Source: a virus
Length of the DNA: 64,000 bases
Direction: 5' to 3' (one strand)
IMG/VR virus record: IMGVR_UViG_3300032086_002413
Span: 3,430 to 67,429 of that record
The notes beneath the pieces were generated by a model that saw only the letters and a program-made list of their open reading frames with translations, had not been told where the DNA came from and ran no database searches. Shown piece by piece: positions 55,892 to 64,000 of the stretch. Positions within the stretch are counted from its first letter, which is position 1. Each line of letters starts with the position of its first letter. The translations under genes were made by a program, and so were the position numbers.

Positions 55892-57589
55892 ATGCAAGAG
55901 ATCAATGGTTTTACTATAGATAAGTATAATCAATATGATCTTGATAAAGGGAAGAAAGAGGGTATATGCCCTCTTTGTTCTCATGAACGACAACAACACA
56001 ACAAGAAGAAAAAATGTGCTTCATACGACTGGGACAGAGGTTTAGGCACGTGCCACAACTGTGATCAAGTATTTCAACTGCACACGTATTTAAGAAAAGG
56101 TGATGTATATAAAGAGTATACAAAACCTGTTTTTCAAAACAATACTGATCTTTCTGACAATGTTGTAAAGTGGTTTTCATCAAGAGGTATTGAACAGCAT
56201 GTACTTAATAAAATGAAAATATCAGAAGGTATAGAGTATATGCCTCAGCTGAATAAAGAAGTAAATACAATACAGTTTAATTATTTTATTAATGACGAAT
56301 TAATTAATGTAAAGTATAGAGATGGACAAAAGAATTTTAAATTATACAAAGGAGCAGAAAAAGTATTCTATAACATTGATAGTGTTATTAATCATGACTG
56401 GTGTGTTATTGTCGAAGGAGAAATTGATGCTCTATCTGTTATACAATGTGGGATCAATAATGTGGTATCTGTTCCAAACGGAGCTACTACTAATAGGAAC
56501 AATTTGGATTACCTTGATAATTGTATTGAATATTTTGAAAACAAAAATAAGATCATTATCGCGGTTGATCAAGATGAAGCTGGAGAAGCGCTTAAACAAG
56601 AGCTTATTAGAAGACTTGGTGCTGAAAACTGTTATACGGTTGAATTTGGCAATTACAAAGATGCAAACGATTACCTTGTTAATAATGACTCCAATAGTCT
56701 TAGGTCTGTCATTAATAATGCTAATCCTGTTCCCCTTGAATACGTTATAACATTAAATGATGTTGAAAAAGATCTTGAAGATTTTGTTGAAAATGGTTTC
56801 AAGCCGGGTTATCAAATCGGTCTTGAAAACTTTGACAGCATCTTCTCCACTTATACTGGACAGTTCATCACAGTTACCGGCGTTCCTAGTAGTGGTAAGT
56901 CTGACTTTGTTGATAGAATGGTGTTGGGATACAACTTGAAATATGGTTGGAAAACAGCATACGCATCACCAGAAAATCAACCAGTATTTTTACATGGTCA
57001 TAAGCTTGTAAGAAAAATGTGGGGTGACATGCCTACAAAAAACGATATTAATAGCGAAAAATGGAATAACATAACATCACATATTAATGATAATTTTTAT
57101 TTTATTGATATGGAAAGGTATGATCTAGATGCTGTATTAAAAAAAGGTGCTGAACTTGTAAAAAGAAAAGGCATTAAATGCCTTGTTATAGATCCTTTTA
57201 ATAAAGTTAAAATGTTAGACGGTACATCATTAAGTGTAGTTGATTATACTATGGAGTATCTGACACGTATAGATGCATTTTGTAAGAAATATGATGTGCT
57301 AGTTATAATAGTAGCTCATCCAACTAAAATGTTTAAAAAAGAAGATGGAGAAATTGAAGAACCAAATATGTATAATATTAAAGGCGGTGGCGAATGGTAT
57401 GACGCTAGTTATCATGGCCTTCTTGTTCACCGTAATTACTCTTTGGGAACTGTTAAGGTTAAAGTTCTCAAGGTTAAATTCCAAAACTTAGGTGAAAATC
57501 AAGCTGAAGCGTTTTTTAAATGGGAACCTACATCAGGTAATTACATACCTAATGAGCAAAGTCAGACAAATGATATACCTTGGCAGTAG
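55892..57589 (+). CDS. Primase-helicase (T7 gp4/Twinkle-like)
   Basis: Zn finger CPLC...CHNC, TOPRIM IVEGEIDALS and D-x-D, KDAND, Walker A GVPSSGKS, VIDP, VAHP. Confidence 0.9.
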   Translation: MQEINGFTIDKYNQYDLDKGKKEGICPLCSHERQQHNKKKKCASYDWDRGLGTCHNCDQVFQLHTYLRKGDVYKEYTKPVFQNNTDLSDNVVKWFSSRGIEQHVLNKMKISEGIEYMPQLNKEVNTIQFNYFINDELINVKYRDGQKNFKLYKGAEKVFYNIDSVINHDWCVIVEGEIDALSVIQCGINNVVSVPNGATTNRNNLDYLDNCIEYFENKNKIIIAVDQDEAGEALKQELIRRLGAENCYTVEFGNYKDANDYLVNNDSNSLRSVINNANPVPLEYVITLNDVEKDLEDFVENGFKPGYQIGLENFDSIFSTYTGQFITVTGVPSSGKSDFVDRMVLGYNLKYGWKTAYASPENQPVFLHGHKLVRKMWGDMPTKNDINSEKWNNITSHINDNFYFIDMERYDLDAVLKKGAELVKRKGIKCLVIDPFNKVKMLDGTSLSVVDYTMEYLTRIDAFCKKYDVLVIIVAHPTKMFKKEDGEIEEPNMYNIKGGGEWYDASYHGLLVHRNYSLGTVKVKVLKVKFQNLGENQAEAFFKWEPTSGNYIPNEQSQTNDIPWQ

Positions 57590-57870
57590 TGTCTAAGTAC
57601 AAAAAAAACAACTGGATGCCTGAACATAATCCTAGCGAGGAAGATATGAAAGCTAGTGTCTGGTGTATTAAGAATGATATTAGAATATCACCAATGGGTA
57701 TAAATGGTGAACAAAATAAATGGAGAATATGTATTAATGTTGGCCCATACGTCAAGGGTGAAAAACAAAACATATCACCACACATCTATGATAAAGATAC
57801 TATATGGATAGAATACTTTAATTTTTGCAAATACTACTATAATAAAAGAAATGATCGAAAAACCAATTGA
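57580..57870 (+). CDS. Hypothetical protein
   Basis: 96 aa ORF in operon. Confidence 0.6.
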   Translation: MAVVSKYKKNNWMPEHNPSEEDMKASVWCIKNDIRISPMGINGEQNKWRICINVGPYVKGEKQNISPHIYDKDTIWIEYFNFCKYYYNKRNDRKTN

Positions 57871-58522
57871 ACCAATAAAAACAATACATTACAATGCTAG
57901 GTTTGCATTTGAATATCTTTACGATTATATCTCTGAACATGGAGAAGATTTTTCTGATACAAAAGCTATATTTGATGTAGGCATCACATTGTTACATCCA
58001 AATAAAAATGAAATAAACACTGCTTGGCGTGGTTGGAATTTAACATACGCAAGACGTGAATGGGATTGGTATTTATCAGGAAATCCTAATGCTGAAGATA
58101 TAGCTAAAAAAGCTCCTATATGGTACAAAATGATGGATTCAGATGGAAATGTTAGAAGTAATTATGGTTGGCAATGGCAACGAGAGCATCAGCTTGATAA
58201 AGTTGTGGCTATGCTTAGAGATAATCCTGACACCAGGCAAGCTTGTATTTCTATTTATGATGGAAAAGAAATTAGTACGTATCGCAATGATACTCCTTGT
58301 ACTTACTCTATACAGTTCACTGTACGCGATAATTTGCTATACATGAGCGTTTATATGAGGTCTAATGATCTTTGGTATGGATTTTGTAATGATCAATATT
58401 GTTTTAGTGAATTATTTTCTTTAGTTTCGAAAGAAACAGGTTATAAAATGGGTTACTATTATCACCACGTACACAACATGCATATATATAATGATTTTTT
58501 AAATAGAAACAATCAAACCTGA
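57851..58522 (+). CDS. Thymidylate synthase superfamily enzyme, probably dCMP-specific (hydroxy)methylase
   Basis: NYG, DTRQA, catalytic PC, MRSNDLWYGFCND with Asp at the N177-equivalent site, HIY. Confidence 0.75.
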   Translation: MIEKPIEPIKTIHYNARFAFEYLYDYISEHGEDFSDTKAIFDVGITLLHPNKNEINTAWRGWNLTYARREWDWYLSGNPNAEDIAKKAPIWYKMMDSDGNVRSNYGWQWQREHQLDKVVAMLRDNPDTRQACISIYDGKEISTYRNDTPCTYSIQFTVRDNLLYMSVYMRSNDLWYGFCNDQYCFSELFSLVSKETGYKMGYYYHHVHNMHIYNDFLNRNNQT

Positions 58523-58527
58523 AAATA

Positions 58528-59283
58528 ATGTATTACATTTATCATATCCCTGGTATAAAAAAAATAGGTTGTACCAACAATTTAGAAAGACGTGTTGAAA
58601 AACAACAAGGATGGAGCAAGGAGGAATATCAAGTACTCTTCGCCACTTCAGATGTAAAAAAAGCATCTGATGTAGAACATGATCTACAACGAGTATACGG
58701 CTACAAAGTAGATTTAAATAGATACGAAACTTTAATAAACATGAAAATAAACACTACACCACAAACAACAACTTTTTACTGCAGTAAAGAACAATTAGAT
58801 GAAAAACTATTAAGAGATAAGAAAATAGATCTTATAGATGAAACACTAAGTCTTGATGAAGACTGGAAGATACAATGGGTATTAAAAAACTCAGTTGTCT
58901 CTATGTTTGATAAAGACAAATGTTTTGTTTATAATAAAGCTATGAAAATGGCATTTGAAGAGCCACTATTTGATAAACCGGATATGTTTACTATGTTTGA
59001 CAATATTAGAAAATGGGCCAAAGACAGGGGTATATACGAAAAAGGAGATCCTAAAACACAATTAATAAAGCTATATGAAGAAACCGGAGAACTATCGCAA
59101 TCATTACTTAAAAATGATAAACCTGGTGTTATCGACGCTATTGGTGATAGTGTTGTTGTGCTTACTAATCTTGCCCACTTGGTCGATGTCGACATTGAAA
59201 CTTGTATTCAGTCTGCTTATGATGAAATATCTAATAGAACTGGCAAAATGAAAAACGGAACTTTTGTAAAAGATCAATTATAA
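58528..59283 (+). CDS. GIY-YIG-like / MazG-like NTP pyrophosphatase fusion
   Basis: N-terminal YYIYH...KIGCTNNLERR; C-terminal WAKDRG...KLYEETGEL...DAIGD. Confidence 0.75.
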   Translation: MYYIYHIPGIKKIGCTNNLERRVEKQQGWSKEEYQVLFATSDVKKASDVEHDLQRVYGYKVDLNRYETLINMKINTTPQTTTFYCSKEQLDEKLLRDKKIDLIDETLSLDEDWKIQWVLKNSVVSMFDKDKCFVYNKAMKMAFEEPLFDKPDMFTMFDNIRKWAKDRGIYEKGDPKTQLIKLYEETGELSQSLLKNDKPGVIDAIGDSVVVLTNLAHLVDVDIETCIQSAYDEISNRTGKMKNGTFVKDQL

Positions 59284-59300
59284 TTTAATATTCAACAACT

Positions 59301-59723
59301 ATGAGAAATTTAATTTTATTTTTATTACCTGCAATTACATTTGCACAATTAGAGATTGATAATCTAAACAGAGATTATTCAGAAGCTTTAGACTTAACTA
59401 ATGTTATCAGATCATACTACGATTATCCTAGTTTAAAGCATAGTGATAGTTTATCTATTATTGCTAAAGAAGCTGCCATTGCATTTTTAAAAGAAGAAGA
59501 AACAATTGGCACAAACACTGTGTTTTATTATGTAGATAAACATCAGTTTGTTTTAAGAGACACATACATGAGAGATGCTGTTGTAGCTTGGTCTGTTGAT
59601 ACAGATTTGATTACTAGACAAGAAACATTTACACAGATGATTAATGATGAAACAACGCATGTAGGTTTTGCTATTGAAGAAAAAAATGGATTTGTTTGTG
59701 TAACAGCTAAATTTAATAAATAA
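59301..59723 (+). CDS. Secreted CAP/SCP-like domain protein
   Basis: Signal peptide MRNLILFLLPAITFAQ; N-x-x-R...L...AVVAW...FTQMI...THVGFA. Confidence 0.55.
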   Translation: MRNLILFLLPAITFAQLEIDNLNRDYSEALDLTNVIRSYYDYPSLKHSDSLSIIAKEAAIAFLKEEETIGTNTVFYYVDKHQFVLRDTYMRDAVVAWSVDTDLITRQETFTQMINDETTHVGFAIEEKNGFVCVTAKFNK

Positions 59724-59980
59724 TGAATATAAAGCTAGAATCAAAAGATAAAGTCGTACACGACGTTGTAAAACAATTTGATAACAGATCAGCTGTCGGT
59801 TATGCTAAATACGGACAAACACTACAAGATGAACAAACTAGTGGTGTAAAAGATTTAGGTATGTATCTACAAGACGTTAAAGAAGAGTTGATGGACGCTA
59901 TATTATATATACAAGCAGCTCAAAATTCTTTACGAGATGAAATAGAAGAATGCTACATTAATGATGCGAAGAAAGAGTAA
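59723..59980 (+). CDS. Small all-alpha NTP pyrophosphohydrolase-like protein
   Basis: G-x-x-KYG-x-TL...KEELMDAILY (EExxD). Confidence 0.55.
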   Translation: MNIKLESKDKVVHDVVKQFDNRSAVGYAKYGQTLQDEQTSGVKDLGMYLQDVKEELMDAILYIQAAQNSLRDEIEECYINDAKKE

Positions 59981-60410
59981 AAAAAAAGGGCCTGTACAGT
60001 CAAAGAAAATATCCTATGATGGTATAAAATTTGCTTCAGGCCTAGAACGTTATATGTATATGGCTTTAAAAAAAGCTAAAATTAAAGCTAAATACGAAGG
60101 TGAAACTTTTGTTTTATTAAATGGTTTTCATTTTCAAAATGACGTGTACGAAAGACAAGCCAATAGTAAAGGAGAATTTACAAATAGAGGCTGTAAACGT
60201 ATTCTGCCTATAAAGTATACACCAGATTTTATAGGAGAAGATTTTATAATAGAGACTAAGGGTAGACCTAATGAGTCTTTTCCTATGAGATGGAAGTTAT
60301 TCAAAAAACTAGTAAGCGAACAATTTCCTAATTACACTCTTTTTAAACCACAGAATCAAAAAGAATGTGATAGAGTTATACAGATAATTAAAGATATGAG
60401 ACATGGCTAA
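59961..60410 (+). CDS. T7 endonuclease I-like Holliday junction resolvase
   Basis: FASGLE, YE, YTPDF, IIETKG. Confidence 0.8.
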   Translation: MMRRKSKKKGPVQSKKISYDGIKFASGLERYMYMALKKAKIKAKYEGETFVLLNGFHFQNDVYERQANSKGEFTNRGCKRILPIKYTPDFIGEDFIIETKGRPNESFPMRWKLFKKLVSEQFPNYTLFKPQNQKECDRVIQIIKDMRHG

Positions 60411-60540
60411 AAATATACAAATAGGTAAAATAGTTAAGCACAAAATAAAAAGAAAAGGAGTGCACGCGAAAACTAAAACGTCTAAGCTTAAGTCTAGTAA
60501 GAATTATGTAAAAAGATATAACTCACAGGGAAGAATATGA
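60403..60540 (+). CDS. Small basic protein (45 aa)
   Basis: Read manually: MAKNIQ...KRKGVHAKTKTSKLKSSKNYVKRYNSQGR. Confidence 0.6.
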   Translation: MAKNIQIGKIVKHKIKRKGVHAKTKTSKLKSSKNYVKRYNSQGRI

Positions 60541-60677
60541 GCGGTTTTGAGATACATTTAGGTCTATACCCTGGTGTCTTATTAGGTATGAGATCTTATC
60601 CAGAGAAAAACTTTGTAGAGCACGTTATATATGTGCCTTTTATAGAATTATGCATAACTATACATTACGATAAATAA
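60537..60677 (+). CDS. Hypothetical protein (46 aa)
   Basis: Read manually: MSGFEIHLGLYPGVLLGMRSY... Confidence 0.55.
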   Translation: MSGFEIHLGLYPGVLLGMRSYPEKNFVEHVIYVPFIELCITIHYDK

Positions 60678-60679
60678 AT

Positions 60680-61648
60680 ATGGGATTATTTGACGAAAGA
60701 ATACCTTACAAGCCATTTGAGTATCCAGAATACTATACTGAAGGTTGGCTTAAACAAGCTCAAGCTTTTTGGCTACACACTGAGATACCAATGTCTGGTG
60801 ATGTTAAAGACTGGAACGAAAAACTAACACAAGAAGAAAAAAACTTAGTAGGTAATATATTGCTAGGTTTTGCTCAAACAGAATGTGCGGTGTCTGATTA
60901 TTGGACACAGAAGGTTGTATCGTGGTTTCCAAAACATGAAATACAACAGATGGCTATGATTTTTGGTAGCCAAGAAACAATACACGCTGTAGCATACAGC
61001 TATTTAAACGAAACTTTAGGACTTGAAAACTTTGAAGCTTTTTTACATGAGCCGGCAACGGCAGATAGATTTGATAATCTCGTTACTTATAATGGTAACG
61101 ATCCCGTGGGTATTGGTAGATCATTGGCAATTTTTAGTGCGTTCGCAGAAGGAGTTAGTTTGTATTCTGCTTTCGCTGTTCTTTATAGCTTCCAATTACG
61201 TAATTTACTCAAGGGTATTGGGCAACAAATGAAGTGGTCTGTACGAGACGAATCATTACATAGTAAAATGGGATGTAAATTGTTTACACATATGTGTGAT
61301 GATATACCTGGCCTAAAAGAAAGTTGTTATGAAGACGTACTTGAAGCAGCACAAACAATGCTTGAATCAGAAGAAAAATATATCGACAAAATGTTCGAAC
61401 TCGGAGATATTGAAAATCTACGATCTTACGATCTTAAACAATTTATCAGAAAAAGACTTAATGAAAAAATCATGGAACTCGGTTACATCGACATCGGGAA
61501 ATACTTTGATTATGACGAAAAAGCAGCAAGCAATCTTGACTGGTTCTATCATCTTACCGGGGGGCATACTCATACTGATTTTTTTGCTATTAGGCCTACT
61601 GATTACTCAAAAGCTAACGAAGGCGAAGATTTTGAAGATATATGGTAA
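60680..61648 (+). CDS. nrdB: Ribonucleotide reductase class I beta subunit
   Basis: E68, E99-x-x-H102, Y106, EG, DESLH ferritin-like ligands; DFFA..Y tail. Confidence 0.9.
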   Translation: MGLFDERIPYKPFEYPEYYTEGWLKQAQAFWLHTEIPMSGDVKDWNEKLTQEEKNLVGNILLGFAQTECAVSDYWTQKVVSWFPKHEIQQMAMIFGSQETIHAVAYSYLNETLGLENFEAFLHEPATADRFDNLVTYNGNDPVGIGRSLAIFSAFAEGVSLYSAFAVLYSFQLRNLLKGIGQQMKWSVRDESLHSKMGCKLFTHMCDDIPGLKESCYEDVLEAAQTMLESEEKYIDKMFELGDIENLRSYDLKQFIRKRLNEKIMELGYIDIGKYFDYDEKAASNLDWFYHLTGGHTHTDFFAIRPTDYSKANEGEDFEDIW

Positions 61649-62004
61649 CAAGAAGATGTAACAAGTGTAACAAACTAAAAAAACAAAGTAAGTTTAAGCA
61701 CGATAAAAAAAAGACGTGTTTAAAATGTGAATATCGTTTTAAAAGAAGCTTGTTAAGATCTTTAGTCATTGATAGAAGGTTATCTGCTGTTGAAAGAATA
61801 TCTAATAGATTAGGCTATATGGGAACAGCTTTTATAATGATGTCACCTTATTTATTAAATAACGGTTATATAGGTGCTACTACCTATGTGATCGGAGGTA
61901 TATTATCTATACCACAAGTATTTGTAGCTAAACAATGGAACTTAGTAGCGGTTAATTTAAACGTAACAATAGGATATTTAATTTATTTATATAACATACA
62001 ATGA
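61642..62004 (+). CDS. Zn-finger plus membrane protein
   Basis: CNKC...CLKC then three hydrophobic segments with a PQ dipeptide. Confidence 0.55.
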   Translation: MVTRRCNKCNKLKKQSKFKHDKKKTCLKCEYRFKRSLLRSLVIDRRLSAVERISNRLGYMGTAFIMMSPYLLNNGYIGATTYVIGGILSIPQVFVAKQWNLVAVNLNVTIGYLIYLYNIQ

Positions 62005-62207
62005 AAGAAAGTAAACTAGTAGAAATGTGGAACAAGATAGAAACCCTTGGTTCAAATCAACAGCAAATAATTCAGGAACTTCAGAATCTCAGAGATTTAT
62101 CTATTGGGACGATGTCACTAGTGAAGAAATTGCCAGATTACGAGAAAGCAATACAGGAACTAACAAAAGAAATGACAGAAAAAAATACTGAAGAAAATGT
62201 GGGATAA
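62001..62207 (+). CDS. Small coiled-coil protein
   Basis: 68 aa ORF coupled to nrdA. Confidence 0.6.
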   Translation: MKESKLVEMWNKIETLGSNQQQIIQELQNLRDLSIGTMSLVKKLPDYEKAIQELTKEMTEKNTEENVG

Positions 62208-63939
62208 TAATTGGAAAAAAGGTGTAGATTATCCTACATGGGGAGATACAGAAGTATATAAGAAAACAATAGGTGGAGGTTATTTATTATCTGACGAAAC
62301 GCCAAAAGAAGCTTACGAAAGAGTTAGTAAAGCTGTAGCTCGTAGATTATATAAACCAGAGTTATCAGATAAGTTTTTTGATTATATGTGGAAAGGCTGG
62401 CTTTGTTTAGCATCTCCTGTGTTGTCTAATACTGGAACAGATCGTGGTTTACCTATAAGCTGTTTTGGTATAGATGTAGCTGATAGTATAAATGATATAG
62501 GCCAAAAGAATTTAGAAATGATGTTGCTAGCTAAACACGGCGGGGGAGTTGGCATCGGAATAAATATGATTAGACCTGCTGGAGCTAAAATTACAGGTAA
62601 TGGAACATCAGATGGAGTTGTCCCGTTTTGCAAAATTTATGACTCAACTATACTCGCAACAAACCAAGGTGCCGTTAGAAGAGGAGCTGCAAGCGTTAAT
62701 ATCAATATCGACCATGATGACTTCGATGAGTGGTTGGAAATCAGAGAGCCTAAAGGAGACGTCAACAGACAATCTCTTAACTTACATCAGTGTGTTGTCA
62801 TCGGTGATAAGTTTATGCGAAAGCTTGAAACGGGAGATAAAGAAGCTAGGAAAAAGTGGGGCAAAGTACTCCAAAAACGTAAAGCAACTGGCGAGCCGTA
62901 TATCCTCTTTAAAGGAAATACAAACAAAGCTAATCCTGATGCTTACAAGACGAACGGATTAAAAGTACATATGACTAATATCTGTAGTGAAATAACACTT
63001 CATACAGATGAATCACATAGTTTTGTTTGTTGTTTATCTTCTGTTAATCTCGACAAGTATGATGAATGGAAAGACACTAACTTAATATATGATGCTACTT
63101 GGTTTTTAGATGGTGTATTGGAAGAGTTTATACAAAGAGCTAAAGGCATGAAAGGTTTTGATAACTCAGTTAGAAGTGCTGTCAAAGGAAGAGCTTTAGG
63201 TTTAGGTGTTTTGGGTTGGCATACTTATCTACAAAAAAATGGTATAGCTTTTGAAGGCCTTTTAGCACAGTTTAAAACAAGAGAGATTTTTTCTAAAATA
63301 AAAATAGAAACAGAAAGAGCTTCAAGAAAATTAGCAGAAATATATGGTGAGCCTTTATGGTGCGCTGGAACTGGTATGCGTAATACTCACCTAAGAGCTG
63401 TTGCGCCGACTGTATCTAATTCTAAATTATCTGGTAACGTTTCACCAGGTATAGAACCATGGGCTGCAAACGTATTTACAGAGCAATCTGCTAAAGGAAC
63501 ATTTATACGTAAAAACAAAGAACTTAAAAAAGTTTTACGTAAATTAGCTATAGACAACAAAGAGACTTGGGATAAGATACTAGAAGACGGAGGATCAGTA
63601 CAAGATATAAAACAACTAGATGGTTGGTATTATGATCACGCTGGTAAATTAAATGAAGAAGAAGGAACACCTGTTAAAGACGTATTTAAAACTTTTAAAG
63701 AAATAAATCAATTAGAGTTAATACGTCAAGCTGGTATAAGACAAGACTATATAGATCAATCTGTTAGTTTGAATTTGGCTTTTCCATCTGTAGTTGATCC
63801 AAAATGGATTAACAAAGTACATATGGATGCATGGAAGAGAGGTATTAAAACCTTATATTATATGAGAACTGAGAGTGTTCTCAGAGGTGATATAGCTGCA
63901 AAAGCTATGGATCCAGACTGTTTGTCTTGTGATGGATAG
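62197..63939 (+). CDS. nrdA: Ribonucleotide reductase class I alpha subunit (short, no ATP cone)
   Basis: SP-x-x-SN, ISCF, GGGVG, RRGA, TNICSEI, APT, IDQSVS-x-N, KTLYY, C-terminal CLSC. Confidence 0.93.
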   Translation: MWDNNWKKGVDYPTWGDTEVYKKTIGGGYLLSDETPKEAYERVSKAVARRLYKPELSDKFFDYMWKGWLCLASPVLSNTGTDRGLPISCFGIDVADSINDIGQKNLEMMLLAKHGGGVGIGINMIRPAGAKITGNGTSDGVVPFCKIYDSTILATNQGAVRRGAASVNINIDHDDFDEWLEIREPKGDVNRQSLNLHQCVVIGDKFMRKLETGDKEARKKWGKVLQKRKATGEPYILFKGNTNKANPDAYKTNGLKVHMTNICSEITLHTDESHSFVCCLSSVNLDKYDEWKDTNLIYDATWFLDGVLEEFIQRAKGMKGFDNSVRSAVKGRALGLGVLGWHTYLQKNGIAFEGLLAQFKTREIFSKIKIETERASRKLAEIYGEPLWCAGTGMRNTHLRAVAPTVSNSKLSGNVSPGIEPWAANVFTEQSAKGTFIRKNKELKKVLRKLAIDNKETWDKILEDGGSVQDIKQLDGWYYDHAGKLNEEEGTPVKDVFKTFKEINQLELIRQAGIRQDYIDQSVSLNLAFPSVVDPKWINKVHMDAWKRGIKTLYYMRTESVLRGDIAAKAMDPDCLSCDG

Positions 63940-63961
63940 TTTATTATTCTTGTTGTTGTTG

Positions 63962-63996
63962 AAAAAAGGGTAACCGTTTGGCTACCCTTTTTTTTA
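63962..63996. terminator. Bidirectional intrinsic terminator
   Basis: A-run, GGGTAACC-GTTT-GGCTACCC stem, T-run after nrdA. Confidence 0.85.
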
Positions 63997-64000
63997 TTTT

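Noticed and set aside
57851-58522. Plain thyA annotation
   Set aside because: Asp rather than Asn at the substrate-specificity position makes canonical dUMP methylation doubtful

Overview
AT-rich 64 kb segment of a lytic dsDNA tailed phage with crAss-like (Crassvirales-type) podovirus gene order, most likely infecting Bacteroidota/Flavobacteriaceae (inferred from a Flavobacterium-type TTG-N19-TAnnTTTG promoter, SD-less A-rich starts and gene content). Bases 1-43.8 kb form one minus-strand late/structural arm: a lipoprotein and small basic proteins, tail fibres, GroEL/GroES, lysis genes, terminase, portal, major capsid, tail ring/muzzle and ejection proteins, the last running off the left edge. 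From about 44 kb the plus strand carries dense small early genes, then a sigma factor, recombination/replication genes, nucleotide metabolism and a class I RNR, ending at a bidirectional terminator. Highlights: (1) ten copies of a phage-specific bipartite motif WWCGA-N18/19-GTGATA in front of early units; (2) three tRNA-shaped ncRNAs with T-arm and acceptor stem but remodelled anticodon arms, two directly behind such a promoter; (3) a thymidylate-synthase homologue with the dCMP-specifying Asp, close to two MazG-type NTP pyrophosphatases, suggesting cytosine modification; (4) a tandemly duplicated first-early-gene cassette; (5) a phage chaperonin set with a second GroES-like gene. All calls come from manual motif reading; no searches were run.
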